Below, in pieces: positions 37,617 to 47,496 of a stretch of DNA of 64,000 bases (positions within the stretch are counted from its first letter, which is position 1; each line of letters starts with the position of its first letter). The notes beneath the pieces are model-generated. The model was not told where the DNA came from and did not search any database. It worked only from the letters and a program-made list of their open reading frames with translations. Location: IMG/VR virus record IMGVR_UViG_3300028048_000068, positions 64,001 to 128,000 of that record, one strand, 5' to 3'. The stretch comes from a virus (lineage: Duplodnaviria; Caudoviricetes). The position numbers and the translations under genes are program-made.

Positions 37617-38084
37617 ATGGATTATATTAATACGATTGCTCAATATGGAGCGATTGGTATTCTAATTATCCTTGCTGGGATGATAAAAATACCAAAAATC
37701 GAACTTAATCTTTGGAATTGGATTGGGCGCACTGTAGGTCGCTCTATAAATAAGGAAATGATGGACCAGGTTAACGACTTACAGAGTGAAATTAAAGGAA
37801 TGAAAACTGAAATTGATACGCTGAAAAAAGAAGAAGAATTAGAACGTGTGCGTCAAGCCCGTCAGTGTATTCTTCGCTTTAACGATGAAATTCTTTTTGA
37901 AAAGCGTCATTCGAAAGAACATTTCGATGAAATTTTAGATAATATAGATATTTATGAAGAGTACTGCCGTACTCACGAGGAATACGAGAATAATAAAGCT
38001 GTTTTAGCCATCGCAACAATTCGTGAAGTGTATAAGGATTGTTTAAAAACACACGATTTTTTAACCCACGCGAAGAAAGGCTAG
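37617..38084 (+). CDS. Membrane protein, holin-like / lysis-region hypothetical
   Basis: N-terminal TM segment and coiled coil, ILRF.DE...Y.NNKA pattern. Confidence 0.5.
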   Translation: MDYINTIAQYGAIGILIILAGMIKIPKIELNLWNWIGRTVGRSINKEMMDQVNDLQSEIKGMKTEIDTLKKEEELERVRQARQCILRFNDEILFEKRHSKEHFDEILDNIDIYEEYCRTHEEYENNKAVLAIATIREVYKDCLKTHDFLTHAKKG

Positions 38085-38109
38085 TAAGTTAATTTAGGAG
38101 TAAAAGGAA

Positions 38110-39204
38110 ATGGGAGACTTTTTAGGTTTTACCTTTGGCGGCGTCCATAGTTCTGACCTGGGAATCACCCGCGTCTCTGGGGGAGACAGATATGAAGAAG
38201 AGTTACATCCAGAGATAAAGGACAGAACGGCTGAGGTACCGGGATTAAACGGACAATATTATTTTGGAAGTGATTTCGGAGAAAAAACTTTTGATTTAGA
38301 AATTGCTTATGACCACTTAACTGAAGAACAGTTTAGGAAACTTAGACAAGTTTTTGGGACTAAAGAGATTAAAGCTTTAATCTTTGATGAGCATCCTTAT
38401 AAAACATATATGGTAAAAATTGGAAGCCCAATTGAACTTTCTTATATTTGTTTTGATGAACCGAAGAAAGTAGTGGGTGCGCAACGTGATGGAATTAGAC
38501 GAATTACAAGAACAGAAGAAGAAACAGTAATTGATGAAGAAACTGGAGAAGAAACTACTCAAACAGTTATTCATCGAGATATAGAACAGGTTACTCCTTA
38601 TGAAATTCTTGAAGGCACTGAGCGCATTTATAAAGGCGAAGGTAAAATTAGTTTTATTGCTTATTTTCCTTTCGCTAAGTCTACTTTTGAGGTTTTACCA
38701 CAATCAGGGAACAAATATTACGAAGGAAGTGAAAGTTGGGCCGATTTTAGTGGAATTTTATCAGCAGATGAATATAATCAAAGTCAAATAAATACATATG
38801 ATAGCGAGACTAGTCAAATGACTATATACAATGGTGGAGATTTACCGGTAGGTTTTCGCTTATATATACCGGCCGCGCTACTGAGTAATAATATTAGTTT
38901 AAAATATAAACCAGATACTATAAATACTACAGCAGAATTGAATTTAGAATCTTTTACTTTAAAAGAGGGAGAAGAGGGCATATTGATTGACACCACTAGT
39001 GAATTAATTGTAGGTGTTTCAGAAGTTAATGATACTAGTTCGGGAGCTACCTACACTACCTCGGGTAATTTATATAATGGACATATAACTAGTGGTTATT
39101 TATTCCACTTTGAACCTAATTTAAATAGAAGTGACAGGTCAATCTTACAAATTGATAATGGGTCAGAAGATATTAAAATATTCTATGATTACTTATATTT
39201 CTAG
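38110..39204 (+). CDS. Distal tail (Dit)-like protein
   Basis: GFTFGGVHSSDLGI...VPGLNGQYYFG N-terminus, located just before the Tal-like gene. Confidence 0.7.
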   Translation: MGDFLGFTFGGVHSSDLGITRVSGGDRYEEELHPEIKDRTAEVPGLNGQYYFGSDFGEKTFDLEIAYDHLTEEQFRKLRQVFGTKEIKALIFDEHPYKTYMVKIGSPIELSYICFDEPKKVVGAQRDGIRRITRTEEETVIDEETGEETTQTVIHRDIEQVTPYEILEGTERIYKGEGKISFIAYFPFAKSTFEVLPQSGNKYYEGSESWADFSGILSADEYNQSQINTYDSETSQMTIYNGGDLPVGFRLYIPAALLSNNISLKYKPDTINTTAELNLESFTLKEGEEGILIDTTSELIVGVSEVNDTSSGATYTTSGNLYNGHITSGYLFHFEPNLNRSDRSILQIDNGSEDIKIFYDYLYF

Positions 39205-39213
39205 GAGGCACAC

Positions 39214-42200
39214 ATGGGTGGGAATCTAATTAAACCATATGAAATTTCCGTTTGGGAAGACAAACTCACCCAAGACGGTTTTACAGAAAAGAAAATAGCG
39301 GTCATCGGCTCAAATACAATGACAGGGTTTAACAAGGTTTATGACCCTGTTTTTAATAAGAAATCAAATGGAGAAAAGACCTTATCTTTTTCTTTAAAAT
39401 ATAGATACTTTGACCCTTATACTGGTAATGAAGGAGTGGTTAATCCATTCGCCGCGCTTCTAGTTAATGAGCGTAAAGTTAAATTACATTATGATAATAA
39501 GTGGTATGAGTTTATTATTAAAGAACATTCTGAATCAAGTGATGGATTGGAGTGGACTTATAACTGTACCGATGCATTTGTTTTAGAATTATCAAAGAAT
39601 GGATATAATATCACTTTTGATTCTGAATTAAATAACAATCAAGGTACGGCGCGCGAGTTAACAAAAGAAACCTTAAAGAATACGGATTGGCAAGTTGGTA
39701 CTACTAATATCGGTAGGCAAATGGTGGCTGAGCCGATTTATAAAGGTACGATTGTTAATGCATTTGCTGCGTTAAATACAGATACAAATTCACTTGAGTC
39801 ATGTAGTGGTGAGGTATATGTATTTTATAGCTATGTAAAAAATAAGAGTGGTAAGTTTGTACAATTTATTAAGCAAGCTGATACATATACAATTGATGAT
39901 AAGAATGTAATTACTGCTACAAATTATCGTATTATAAGAGATAATATTACAGTTACTAATACTGAAATTAAGTCTGGTGATATAACCCTTATTACTCTTA
40001 ATGGTCTTGAAAATAAGTATCAGGCAAATAGATTAGTCTATGGACAGCGCACAACTTATGACCCAGTAATGCAGCGCACTGTAGATTTATTTAAAGCAGA
40101 TGACAGAGAAATTTACAGATATACTGATTATACCTATACAACCTCAAATGTGGTAACCAATTTAATTACCAATGGAGATAATTTCAATGTACTTGAAGAT
40201 GGTACGTTACAAGGTTGGAATCCATATGTAGATTTTACTCCATTAGATGAGGATGATAAAATTGATAAGTTAGAACTAGTTACTCGACCAGAACTTGGTA
40301 CGGGTAAAGGGTTAGCAGATTTAGTTTTACTTTCTCAAATTGAAGGATTTTTAAAGGCTTCTTTTAAAGGAGCTTTAACTTCCGATTATAAAAATGCTAT
40401 TTTTAATAGCGGTATTGAAAATAATAGTTCAACAATAGAATCAATTTCTAAAGGTCAGAGGTTTGTATTTAGGTGGCGCGCGGGCCATGGAGAGCTGGAT
40501 ACGTTAGAGCCTGAACAAAATTTAGGCTTAATTGTTGCTAAATATACACAAGATGACCCAAATCCATATAGATATTATTATAAGCATATAGACCCTGATA
40601 ATATCATAATGAGGTTTGAGGGTACTCCGATAGAATTAAATAACTATATACGTAACGGCGCGCTAATAACGGGCGAAGACGGAAAACAAACTTATGTAAT
40701 TGATAGGGTGGCACAAACTCCATCAACAAAATATATATATGTAAATAACAATGATAATCAAGAATATGTATGGAATGGACAAAATGGTGAATTTGAGTTA
40801 AAATCAAATACCAACTATCTTCCATATTATTATTTAACTGCTACCGCAGAAAAAGCAATTAAAAATAGCGATTTAACAGACCCAACTCAAAAATTTGGTA
40901 TATTTATATATACTAATAGTGGCACTTCACCCGTATATATACAAGATATTCAATTAACTCGCCTAATTGAAGATGCAGAAGGCAAACCAATTTTAATTGG
41001 TAATGTACCTACTGCCACTTCAAATTCAACAGAGTACTATTATGTTAAGCCTTCGGATGGCACGGCCGCAGAAGACGTAGAAACATATACGTCAATTGAT
41101 GAATTGGCAGATGAGTTAACGATAGACACCCAAACAATTCAACCAGTTTATAATGAAAATTCAGAAAAGATATTATCAATTAGTGCTTCTCAATCGAATT
41201 GTTTCAATATACTTCAAACAATAGCTGAAACATTTGAATGTTGGGTTGATTTGGTTGTTGGTCATGATAACCGTGGTTATATTACATATACTGATGGTAA
41301 GCCTAATAAGTATGTATATTTAAGAGAATATGCTGGTAAAGATAATTGGGCTGGCTTTAAATATGGAATTAATTTAGATACTATTGAAAGAACGATTAAT
41401 TCTGATGAAATTGTAACTAAATTAATTGTAGACTCTTCACAATCTGAATATGTAGATGAGGGTTATGTATCTATTACAAGCGCGCCTTCTAACCAGAGTG
41501 GAGAATCTTATATAGTTAACTTTGACTATTATTATAATCAAGGTTTACTTGATAGGGAAACAGTTGAAGCTGATAGATTAGAATTTATTGAAAAAGTTGC
41601 AGAAAAGAATCTTCAAATTCAAGAAAAAGAAAAACAGCGCAGAGATTTAGAGGCTGCGATTACTAGTTTAGGTAGTAATCGAAACGTATTTACTGAACTA
41701 ATTGAAACTGCACGCGATACTCAAACAAGAGCGTTAGCGGAATTTGAAGCCTTAACCGGTCAGTCTTATGAAGAATATAGAGAAGAACACACAACTCTTG
41801 AAGAAGACGATCAATTAACCGAAGAAGAAACAGTTTATGATTTACTTGGTGAATTATACACAAGTTCTGCGACGATTAATAATTATTCCGGTATTTTAAC
41901 TAACGTAGACCAAGAATATTGGGAAAAGAGAAAACAATTACGTGGTAGTGAAAACTATAATATTAAAATTTGGGTTGACAAAGATGAAAATTTAGTTCGT
42001 CATATATTTGTTGAACTTAATGATTATTTACCAGATTTTAGTTTTGAAATTGGTGGCTCTACTTATACTTCTACAGTTAGTAAAAAATATTGGGATTTAG
42101 AGAAAGACGATACTGAAATTACATTTACTGCGCCAGAGGGTTATACAATCGAAACGGCGCAATATACGATTAATGATAATAAAGTTGCAAAATTTAAAAT

Positions 42201-44724
42201 TACTTCTAATGTTACGGTTGAAGGTGTTGAAGATGAGATTGAAGACCTTCAAGAGCAAAAAGAAGAAATTGTAAAAGAGTTTAATAACAAATATAGTCGT
42301 TATATTCAAGAGGGTACTTGGAATTCAACAGATTATATAGATTCTGAACTTTATTATCTTGATGCTTTACAAGTTTCTAATACTTCAGCACAACCAACGG
42401 TTTCATATACAATTAATGTAGTCGAAGTCAGCGAGCTTGAGGGATTAGAATGGTATACATTTGATGCTGGAGATAAGACCTATGTAGAAGATACAGAATT
42501 CTTTGGTTGGGCGAACATTGATGGTGTACTTACACCCGCGCGCGAAGAAGTAATTGTATCTGAAGTTGAATGGCATTTAGATGAGCCAGACCAAAATGTA
42601 ATTACTGTCCAAAATTATAAAACACGATTTGAAGATTTGTTCCAACGTATTAGCGCGGCGGTTCAAACGGTTCAATATAATGAAGCCACCTATGCTAAAA
42701 TTAGCAGCCTACTTGATGCTAATGGAACAATTAATCAAGATGTACTTCTTGAGTCATTAAATCGAATAAGTGGTCAAAACTATAATCTTACAAGTGATGG
42801 TTCTGTTATGATTGACGGAGACAACATACTTGTGCAAAATTTGACCAATCCTGCTAATCGTGTTATAATAAATAGTGAAGGAATTAGAATTTCTTCAGAT
42901 GGCGGTCAAACATGGAGAACCGCAATTGATGGTCAAGGAATTAATATTGGTACGGTTTATACTGGTACTTTAAATACCAATAATGTAATTATTGGTAGTG
43001 AAGATAACCCAAGTTTTCGTTGGGACAAATCTGGTATTAGCGCATATAAATCAAATAGTAATACAGGAATTTATGATTTACAAACTTATGTACGCTATGA
43101 TGAATATGGTTTATATGGTATCAAAGAAGGGGGCTCTTTTAAAGCTCAGAACTTAGAAGATGTATTAAATAAAGCGCATTTTGCGGTCACTTGGGACGGA
43201 TTTTTTATTAAAAATTCATATGAAGGTGGCGGTCGAGTCGAAATTACATCGGATAATGATTTTAGAGTTTTAAAAGCAGGTGGTATAGAAAAAGTTAAGA
43301 TTGGCGCACTTGAATGGGGCAAAAATGGAGATATTCCAATTACAAGCCCTGATGCAGAGGGTGCGACTGCGGCTCCAACATTGTATGGTATTCGAATAAA
43401 GAATGATGCTGGCACGGAAGTAATGAAAACTGGTGATGATGGAAACTTAACAATCACTGGTACAATTAATGCAAATGCTGGCGTATTTGATGGTAATGTA
43501 CAGGTTGGTACCAGCACTCCACATATTGATATTGATGGCGTTAATGCAGTTATTAAATCTTCGAATTATAATGGAGGCTCAAGTACAAGTGCGACTTATG
43601 GTTGGATGATTAATGCTGATGGCGATGCAGTTTTTAATAATATAACTGCGCGTGGTGCAATTAAAACAGCCGTTTTTGAATATGCAGAAATTCAAGCAGT
43701 TGGTGGCATATTCATTTTCAGACCATCATCGACTATACGCTCAGCCGCAGTAAATGGAAATAATTTAGTTTTAACTGTAGAAAAACCAGTATTATTTAAA
43801 GATGGTCAATGGTGTAAGGTTAGTAACTATACTGCTGATGGAGAAGCTGAAAATCCAGATAGTTCAGATATATTATTAAATAATGGATTAACTCATGTCT
43901 ATCAAGTACAACGAACTCAAGGAAGTAACGAAATAACTTTACTTGGCGCGGCCGCGATGGTCGAAGGTCAAAATGCAGTTGTTAGTTCTGCTTCTGAATT
44001 GATTGGTGGCGCGCTTGTAGATATGGGTAATAAAGCAGGCACTTCGAACTATGGAATTGGAATTAATAGTTCTGATAACACAGTTGACTTACCGGCTCGC
44101 GCAATTAGTTTATTTGAGACAGTAATTGATGAAACTAAAGAACCAAAAGTTTCATATAACTATCGTGGTATTTTAGGTACGCTGCCGCATATGACTTCTG
44201 GAGTTAATACATCTATCTATCAACACATGGAAGGCACCCAAGGTATTTATACCGATAATATGTATATTGGTGATGCTACTCAGTTTATTAGTTTTTATGA
44301 AGATACTGATGATTTAGATGGACAAGGAAATCCGAAAAAGAAGTTAAGAATTAAGGCTAATGAAATAATGTTTGAAGCTGTAGACCCAGAGACACATGAG
44401 CCTACAGGTGAATATCATGATGTAAGTCAAATTGAAGCAGAGGGTGGGCCTGGACCAGCGGGAGAAGATGCGATTAATGTAGTGATTGAATCATCTACTG
44501 GTAATATGTTCTATAGAGAAGATGTTAATGCAACTTTGACTTGTACAGTTTACAAGGGTTCAACAGATATAACAACTCAAGTTACAAAATTTACTTGGAA
44601 AAAGAAAAATAGTGACGGGACTATAGATGATGATTGGCAACGATTAGCAGCAGGTCGTTCAATTAATATTGGTCCGAGTGATATAGATTCTAAAGCTATT
44701 TTCATTTGTGAAGTAGAATTTTAG
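39214..44724 (+). CDS. Large baseplate hub / Tal-like tail protein
   Basis: 1836 aa. FKYGINL..IERT.NSDEIVTKL and GDKTYVED motifs, coiled coils and a beta-helical spike-like region. Confidence 0.7.
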   Translation: MGGNLIKPYEISVWEDKLTQDGFTEKKIAVIGSNTMTGFNKVYDPVFNKKSNGEKTLSFSLKYRYFDPYTGNEGVVNPFAALLVNERKVKLHYDNKWYEFIIKEHSESSDGLEWTYNCTDAFVLELSKNGYNITFDSELNNNQGTARELTKETLKNTDWQVGTTNIGRQMVAEPIYKGTIVNAFAALNTDTNSLESCSGEVYVFYSYVKNKSGKFVQFIKQADTYTIDDKNVITATNYRIIRDNITVTNTEIKSGDITLITLNGLENKYQANRLVYGQRTTYDPVMQRTVDLFKADDREIYRYTDYTYTTSNVVTNLITNGDNFNVLEDGTLQGWNPYVDFTPLDEDDKIDKLELVTRPELGTGKGLADLVLLSQIEGFLKASFKGALTSDYKNAIFNSGIENNSSTIESISKGQRFVFRWRAGHGELDTLEPEQNLGLIVAKYTQDDPNPYRYYYKHIDPDNIIMRFEGTPIELNNYIRNGALITGEDGKQTYVIDRVAQTPSTKYIYVNNNDNQEYVWNGQNGEFELKSNTNYLPYYYLTATAEKAIKNSDLTDPTQKFGIFIYTNSGTSPVYIQDIQLTRLIEDAEGKPILIGNVPTATSNSTEYYYVKPSDGTAAEDVETYTSIDELADELTIDTQTIQPVYNENSEKILSISASQSNCFNILQTIAETFECWVDLVVGHDNRGYITYTDGKPNKYVYLREYAGKDNWAGFKYGINLDTIERTINSDEIVTKLIVDSSQSEYVDEGYVSITSAPSNQSGESYIVNFDYYYNQGLLDRETVEADRLEFIEKVAEKNLQIQEKEKQRRDLEAAITSLGSNRNVFTELIETARDTQTRALAEFEALTGQSYEEYREEHTTLEEDDQLTEEETVYDLLGELYTSSATINNYSGILTNVDQEYWEKRKQLRGSENYNIKIWVDKDENLVRHIFVELNDYLPDFSFEIGGSTYTSTVSKKYWDLEKDDTEITFTAPEGYTIETAQYTINDNKVAKFKITSNVTVEGVEDEIEDLQEQKEEIVKEFNNKYSRYIQEGTWNSTDYIDSELYYLDALQVSNTSAQPTVSYTINVVEVSELEGLEWYTFDAGDKTYVEDTEFFGWANIDGVLTPAREEVIVSEVEWHLDEPDQNVITVQNYKTRFEDLFQRISAAVQTVQYNEATYAKISSLLDANGTINQDVLLESLNRISGQNYNLTSDGSVMIDGDNILVQNLTNPANRVIINSEGIRISSDGGQTWRTAIDGQGINIGTVYTGTLNTNNVIIGSEDNPSFRWDKSGISAYKSNSNTGIYDLQTYVRYDEYGLYGIKEGGSFKAQNLEDVLNKAHFAVTWDGFFIKNSYEGGGRVEITSDNDFRVLKAGGIEKVKIGALEWGKNGDIPITSPDAEGATAAPTLYGIRIKNDAGTEVMKTGDDGNLTITGTINANAGVFDGNVQVGTSTPHIDIDGVNAVIKSSNYNGGSSTSATYGWMINADGDAVFNNITARGAIKTAVFEYAEIQAVGGIFIFRPSSTIRSAAVNGNNLVLTVEKPVLFKDGQWCKVSNYTADGEAENPDSSDILLNNGLTHVYQVQRTQGSNEITLLGAAAMVEGQNAVVSSASELIGGALVDMGNKAGTSNYGIGINSSDNTVDLPARAISLFETVIDETKEPKVSYNYRGILGTLPHMTSGVNTSIYQHMEGTQGIYTDNMYIGDATQFISFYEDTDDLDGQGNPKKKLRIKANEIMFEAVDPETHEPTGEYHDVSQIEAEGGPGPAGEDAINVVIESSTGNMFYREDVNATLTCTVYKGSTDITTQVTKFTWKKKNSDGTIDDDWQRLAAGRSINIGPSDIDSKAIFICEVEF

Positions 44725-44737
44725 GAGGTAAAGGAGA

Positions 44738-47413
44738 ATGGCAACAAGTTATGGTTCTATAACCATAGTTGATATTACAGATATTGGAGAATTTAGCGTT
44801 TATCCTACTGCTAATAATCCTAGAACTCAAATCTATAGCCCAGACCATACAAGCGGTTCGGGTTATATGCCAGATTGGAGTAGTACGAATTTGCTTATAA
44901 CACCTGTAGCATATTATGCTAGTCAGAATGTTAGTACAACGGCAACTTATACATGGAAAAGACGAGATGGTGCGGGAAATGTAGTAGATTTAACAGCGGA
45001 TGAAACCGTTATTAATTTTCCAGACACACAACATCCAGGAGTATTGCAGGTTAGTAATAATGTATTAGGTAATAGTACAAGTGGTATTATTTCTTATATC
45101 GTGACTGCTCACTATACAGTGGATAATGTTCCATTGGAGGCGGTTGGCGAAATAGATTTCTCGTTAACTCGTCAAGGAAGTGTTGCAAAAACAGCCACTA
45201 TCACGGGAGAAAGTATTTTTAAATATAATAGTGCCGGCCAACTATTGCCAGATAATAATAAAACAATTACTTTAAATGGTAAGGTAGCTGGTGTATCAAT
45301 TACTACTTGGCAGTATAAAAATACTAATGGATGGGCTACATATCCAAATAGTACTACGGGTAGTTCTTCATTAGTGGTTAGGCCTACCGATTCTGTGTTT
45401 AATAATGATAGTGTAACTATTAGATTAAATACTAATGACAATACTGTTTATGATTTATTCACAATAACTAAGCTATATGATGGTGTTAAGGGTGATTCGG
45501 TTAATTCAGCAGTATTAAGTAATGAAGATCAAATGTTACCTGCTGATAAGAACGGTAAAGTGACTTCTTATAGTGGTGCAGAAACGACTTTAACAATTAG
45601 AGAAGGAACGCAAGATGTTACGAACAGTTGGTACATTACAAAAACTTATTCGCCAACTAGTTTAAGTACATTAGATTCTGCTGCCAATGATTACGAAGTT
45701 GACTTTACTGGGATAAGTGTTAGTGATACAACTTTTAATAATATAGATACTGCCTATGTATTGTTTGAGTGTCGTAAGACCTCAACTGGTGCTGTGGAAT
45801 TTAGTAGAAAGTTTTCTCTTGTAAAAGTGAAAACTGGACAAGACGGAGAAACGCCAACTATTTATAGTCTACAAGTAAGCGCATTGGCAGTTAATACAGA
45901 ACCGGCAAATGGAGGGGTACATCCAAATCCAAACCCAACACAAGTTGTCTTTAATGCTTATCAGCAAACTGGAAATGCCTTACCTACAGCTTATGATGGT
46001 AGAATTCAATTTTATATAAATGATAGTTCTACAATTAGTGTTCCTGTAACAACTAACACTTCTACTAGAATAATTAATTTTACTGATAGTCCTTGGAATG
46101 CAGATACTGTTAAAAGTGTTAAGGCAGTTTTATACGAAGCGGGCGCCAATACTAAACAACTTGATTCTCAAACCGTGGTTATAGTAAACGATGGTTCAAA
46201 AGGTACAGATGGTGCTCCTGGTGCCACTGGTTTCGGAGCAGTTAATGTTATTATTGGAAATGAAGCAGATGTTATTCCTTGTAATTCTAGTAATCATCCA
46301 CTGTCTCAATTTACTATTGATATTCCTTATGAAGGATATCAAGGTACGACTTTAAAAACAACAAGCGTAAACGCACCATCGTTGCCAGCTAGTGACTTTG
46401 GTAGAGTAATAGCAGCAGATACCAGTACAGCAGGTCATGTTAAATATATGATTAAAACTACAGACACTTTATCTGCAGGTGGCCAAGTAACTCTTACTTT
46501 TACAGTGAATTGTAAAGATTATGATGCCAATGGTGCAGTTATTGATAAAACGGTTTCAATAAGTAAAATTTATACTTGGACACGTAGTTCAGCCGCAGTT
46601 AATGGACAAAATGCAATTGTTTTACAAGTGGCCACTCCAAATGGAACAGTTATTGTAAATGGAGATGGTACATTATACGCACGAGCTATTTTATCAAATG
46701 GTGCCGGTGAAGCAAGCGGAGAAACATATACTTGGAGTCAATTTAAAAATGGAGCATATACCCCTATTAGTTCATCTACGACTCCTGGTGTAGAGACAGG
46801 GCATTTAAATAGTACAACATGGACCTCAGGCGATAATGGTAGTGCAGATAATGTTTCTGATTACATTAAGATTACTCCAACAGCAGTTGAAGGATATGCT
46901 TCTTTTCAAGTTGTTTCTAACTATAAATCAAAATCATATACGCAGTATATTTCGGTAATTGATAAAACCGACCCAGTGCAAGTATCTTTACATTCTACTG
47001 TTGGTACACAAATTAAAAATTCACAAGGGCAAGGATGTGTATATGCTAGAGTAGTTAGGAGTGATAAGGAGTTAGATATAGTACCACAAAATATAGAGGC
47101 TGGTACTTCTACTCCAGAATCTGGCATGACGAATGGAGATTACTTTGTTTTACTATCTAATGATTCTACGGTTACCAATAGAACTGCTAGGTTATATAAA
47201 TATAATGGTACTATTTGGGTTGATATAAATACTATACCAGCAGAGAAACGGGTAGGTAAATATACTTGGACTTTTAGAAATTCAGATAATACTCCAATTA
47301 CAACTGGAGTGCCTTATCAAGATACTGTAGATAGGACACAAAATCAATTTATTTATATAGATGCTAGTTTAATAAATCAAAAAATTACAATTGATTGTCA
47401 AGTTGAAATTTAA
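44738..47413 (+). CDS. Tail/baseplate structural protein
   Basis: 891 aa, beta-rich, short G-X-Y tracts, YGSITIVD start. Confidence 0.65.
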   Translation: MATSYGSITIVDITDIGEFSVYPTANNPRTQIYSPDHTSGSGYMPDWSSTNLLITPVAYYASQNVSTTATYTWKRRDGAGNVVDLTADETVINFPDTQHPGVLQVSNNVLGNSTSGIISYIVTAHYTVDNVPLEAVGEIDFSLTRQGSVAKTATITGESIFKYNSAGQLLPDNNKTITLNGKVAGVSITTWQYKNTNGWATYPNSTTGSSSLVVRPTDSVFNNDSVTIRLNTNDNTVYDLFTITKLYDGVKGDSVNSAVLSNEDQMLPADKNGKVTSYSGAETTLTIREGTQDVTNSWYITKTYSPTSLSTLDSAANDYEVDFTGISVSDTTFNNIDTAYVLFECRKTSTGAVEFSRKFSLVKVKTGQDGETPTIYSLQVSALAVNTEPANGGVHPNPNPTQVVFNAYQQTGNALPTAYDGRIQFYINDSSTISVPVTTNTSTRIINFTDSPWNADTVKSVKAVLYEAGANTKQLDSQTVVIVNDGSKGTDGAPGATGFGAVNVIIGNEADVIPCNSSNHPLSQFTIDIPYEGYQGTTLKTTSVNAPSLPASDFGRVIAADTSTAGHVKYMIKTTDTLSAGGQVTLTFTVNCKDYDANGAVIDKTVSISKIYTWTRSSAAVNGQNAIVLQVATPNGTVIVNGDGTLYARAILSNGAGEASGETYTWSQFKNGAYTPISSSTTPGVETGHLNSTTWTSGDNGSADNVSDYIKITPTAVEGYASFQVVSNYKSKSYTQYISVIDKTDPVQVSLHSTVGTQIKNSQGQGCVYARVVRSDKELDIVPQNIEAGTSTPESGMTNGDYFVLLSNDSTVTNRTARLYKYNGTIWVDINTIPAEKRVGKYTWTFRNSDNTPITTGVPYQDTVDRTQNQFIYIDASLINQKITIDCQVEI

Positions 47414-47423
47414 TTAATCTGTC

Positions 47424-47451
47424 GCGGCCGACCTAATCAACGCTCGGCCGC
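47424..47451. other. GC-rich intergenic hairpin
   Basis: GCGGCCGA...TCGGCCGC. Confidence 0.5.
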
Positions 47452-47496
47452 AGAGTACATATGACAGGTAAATAGAACTTATAGGGAGAAACATAA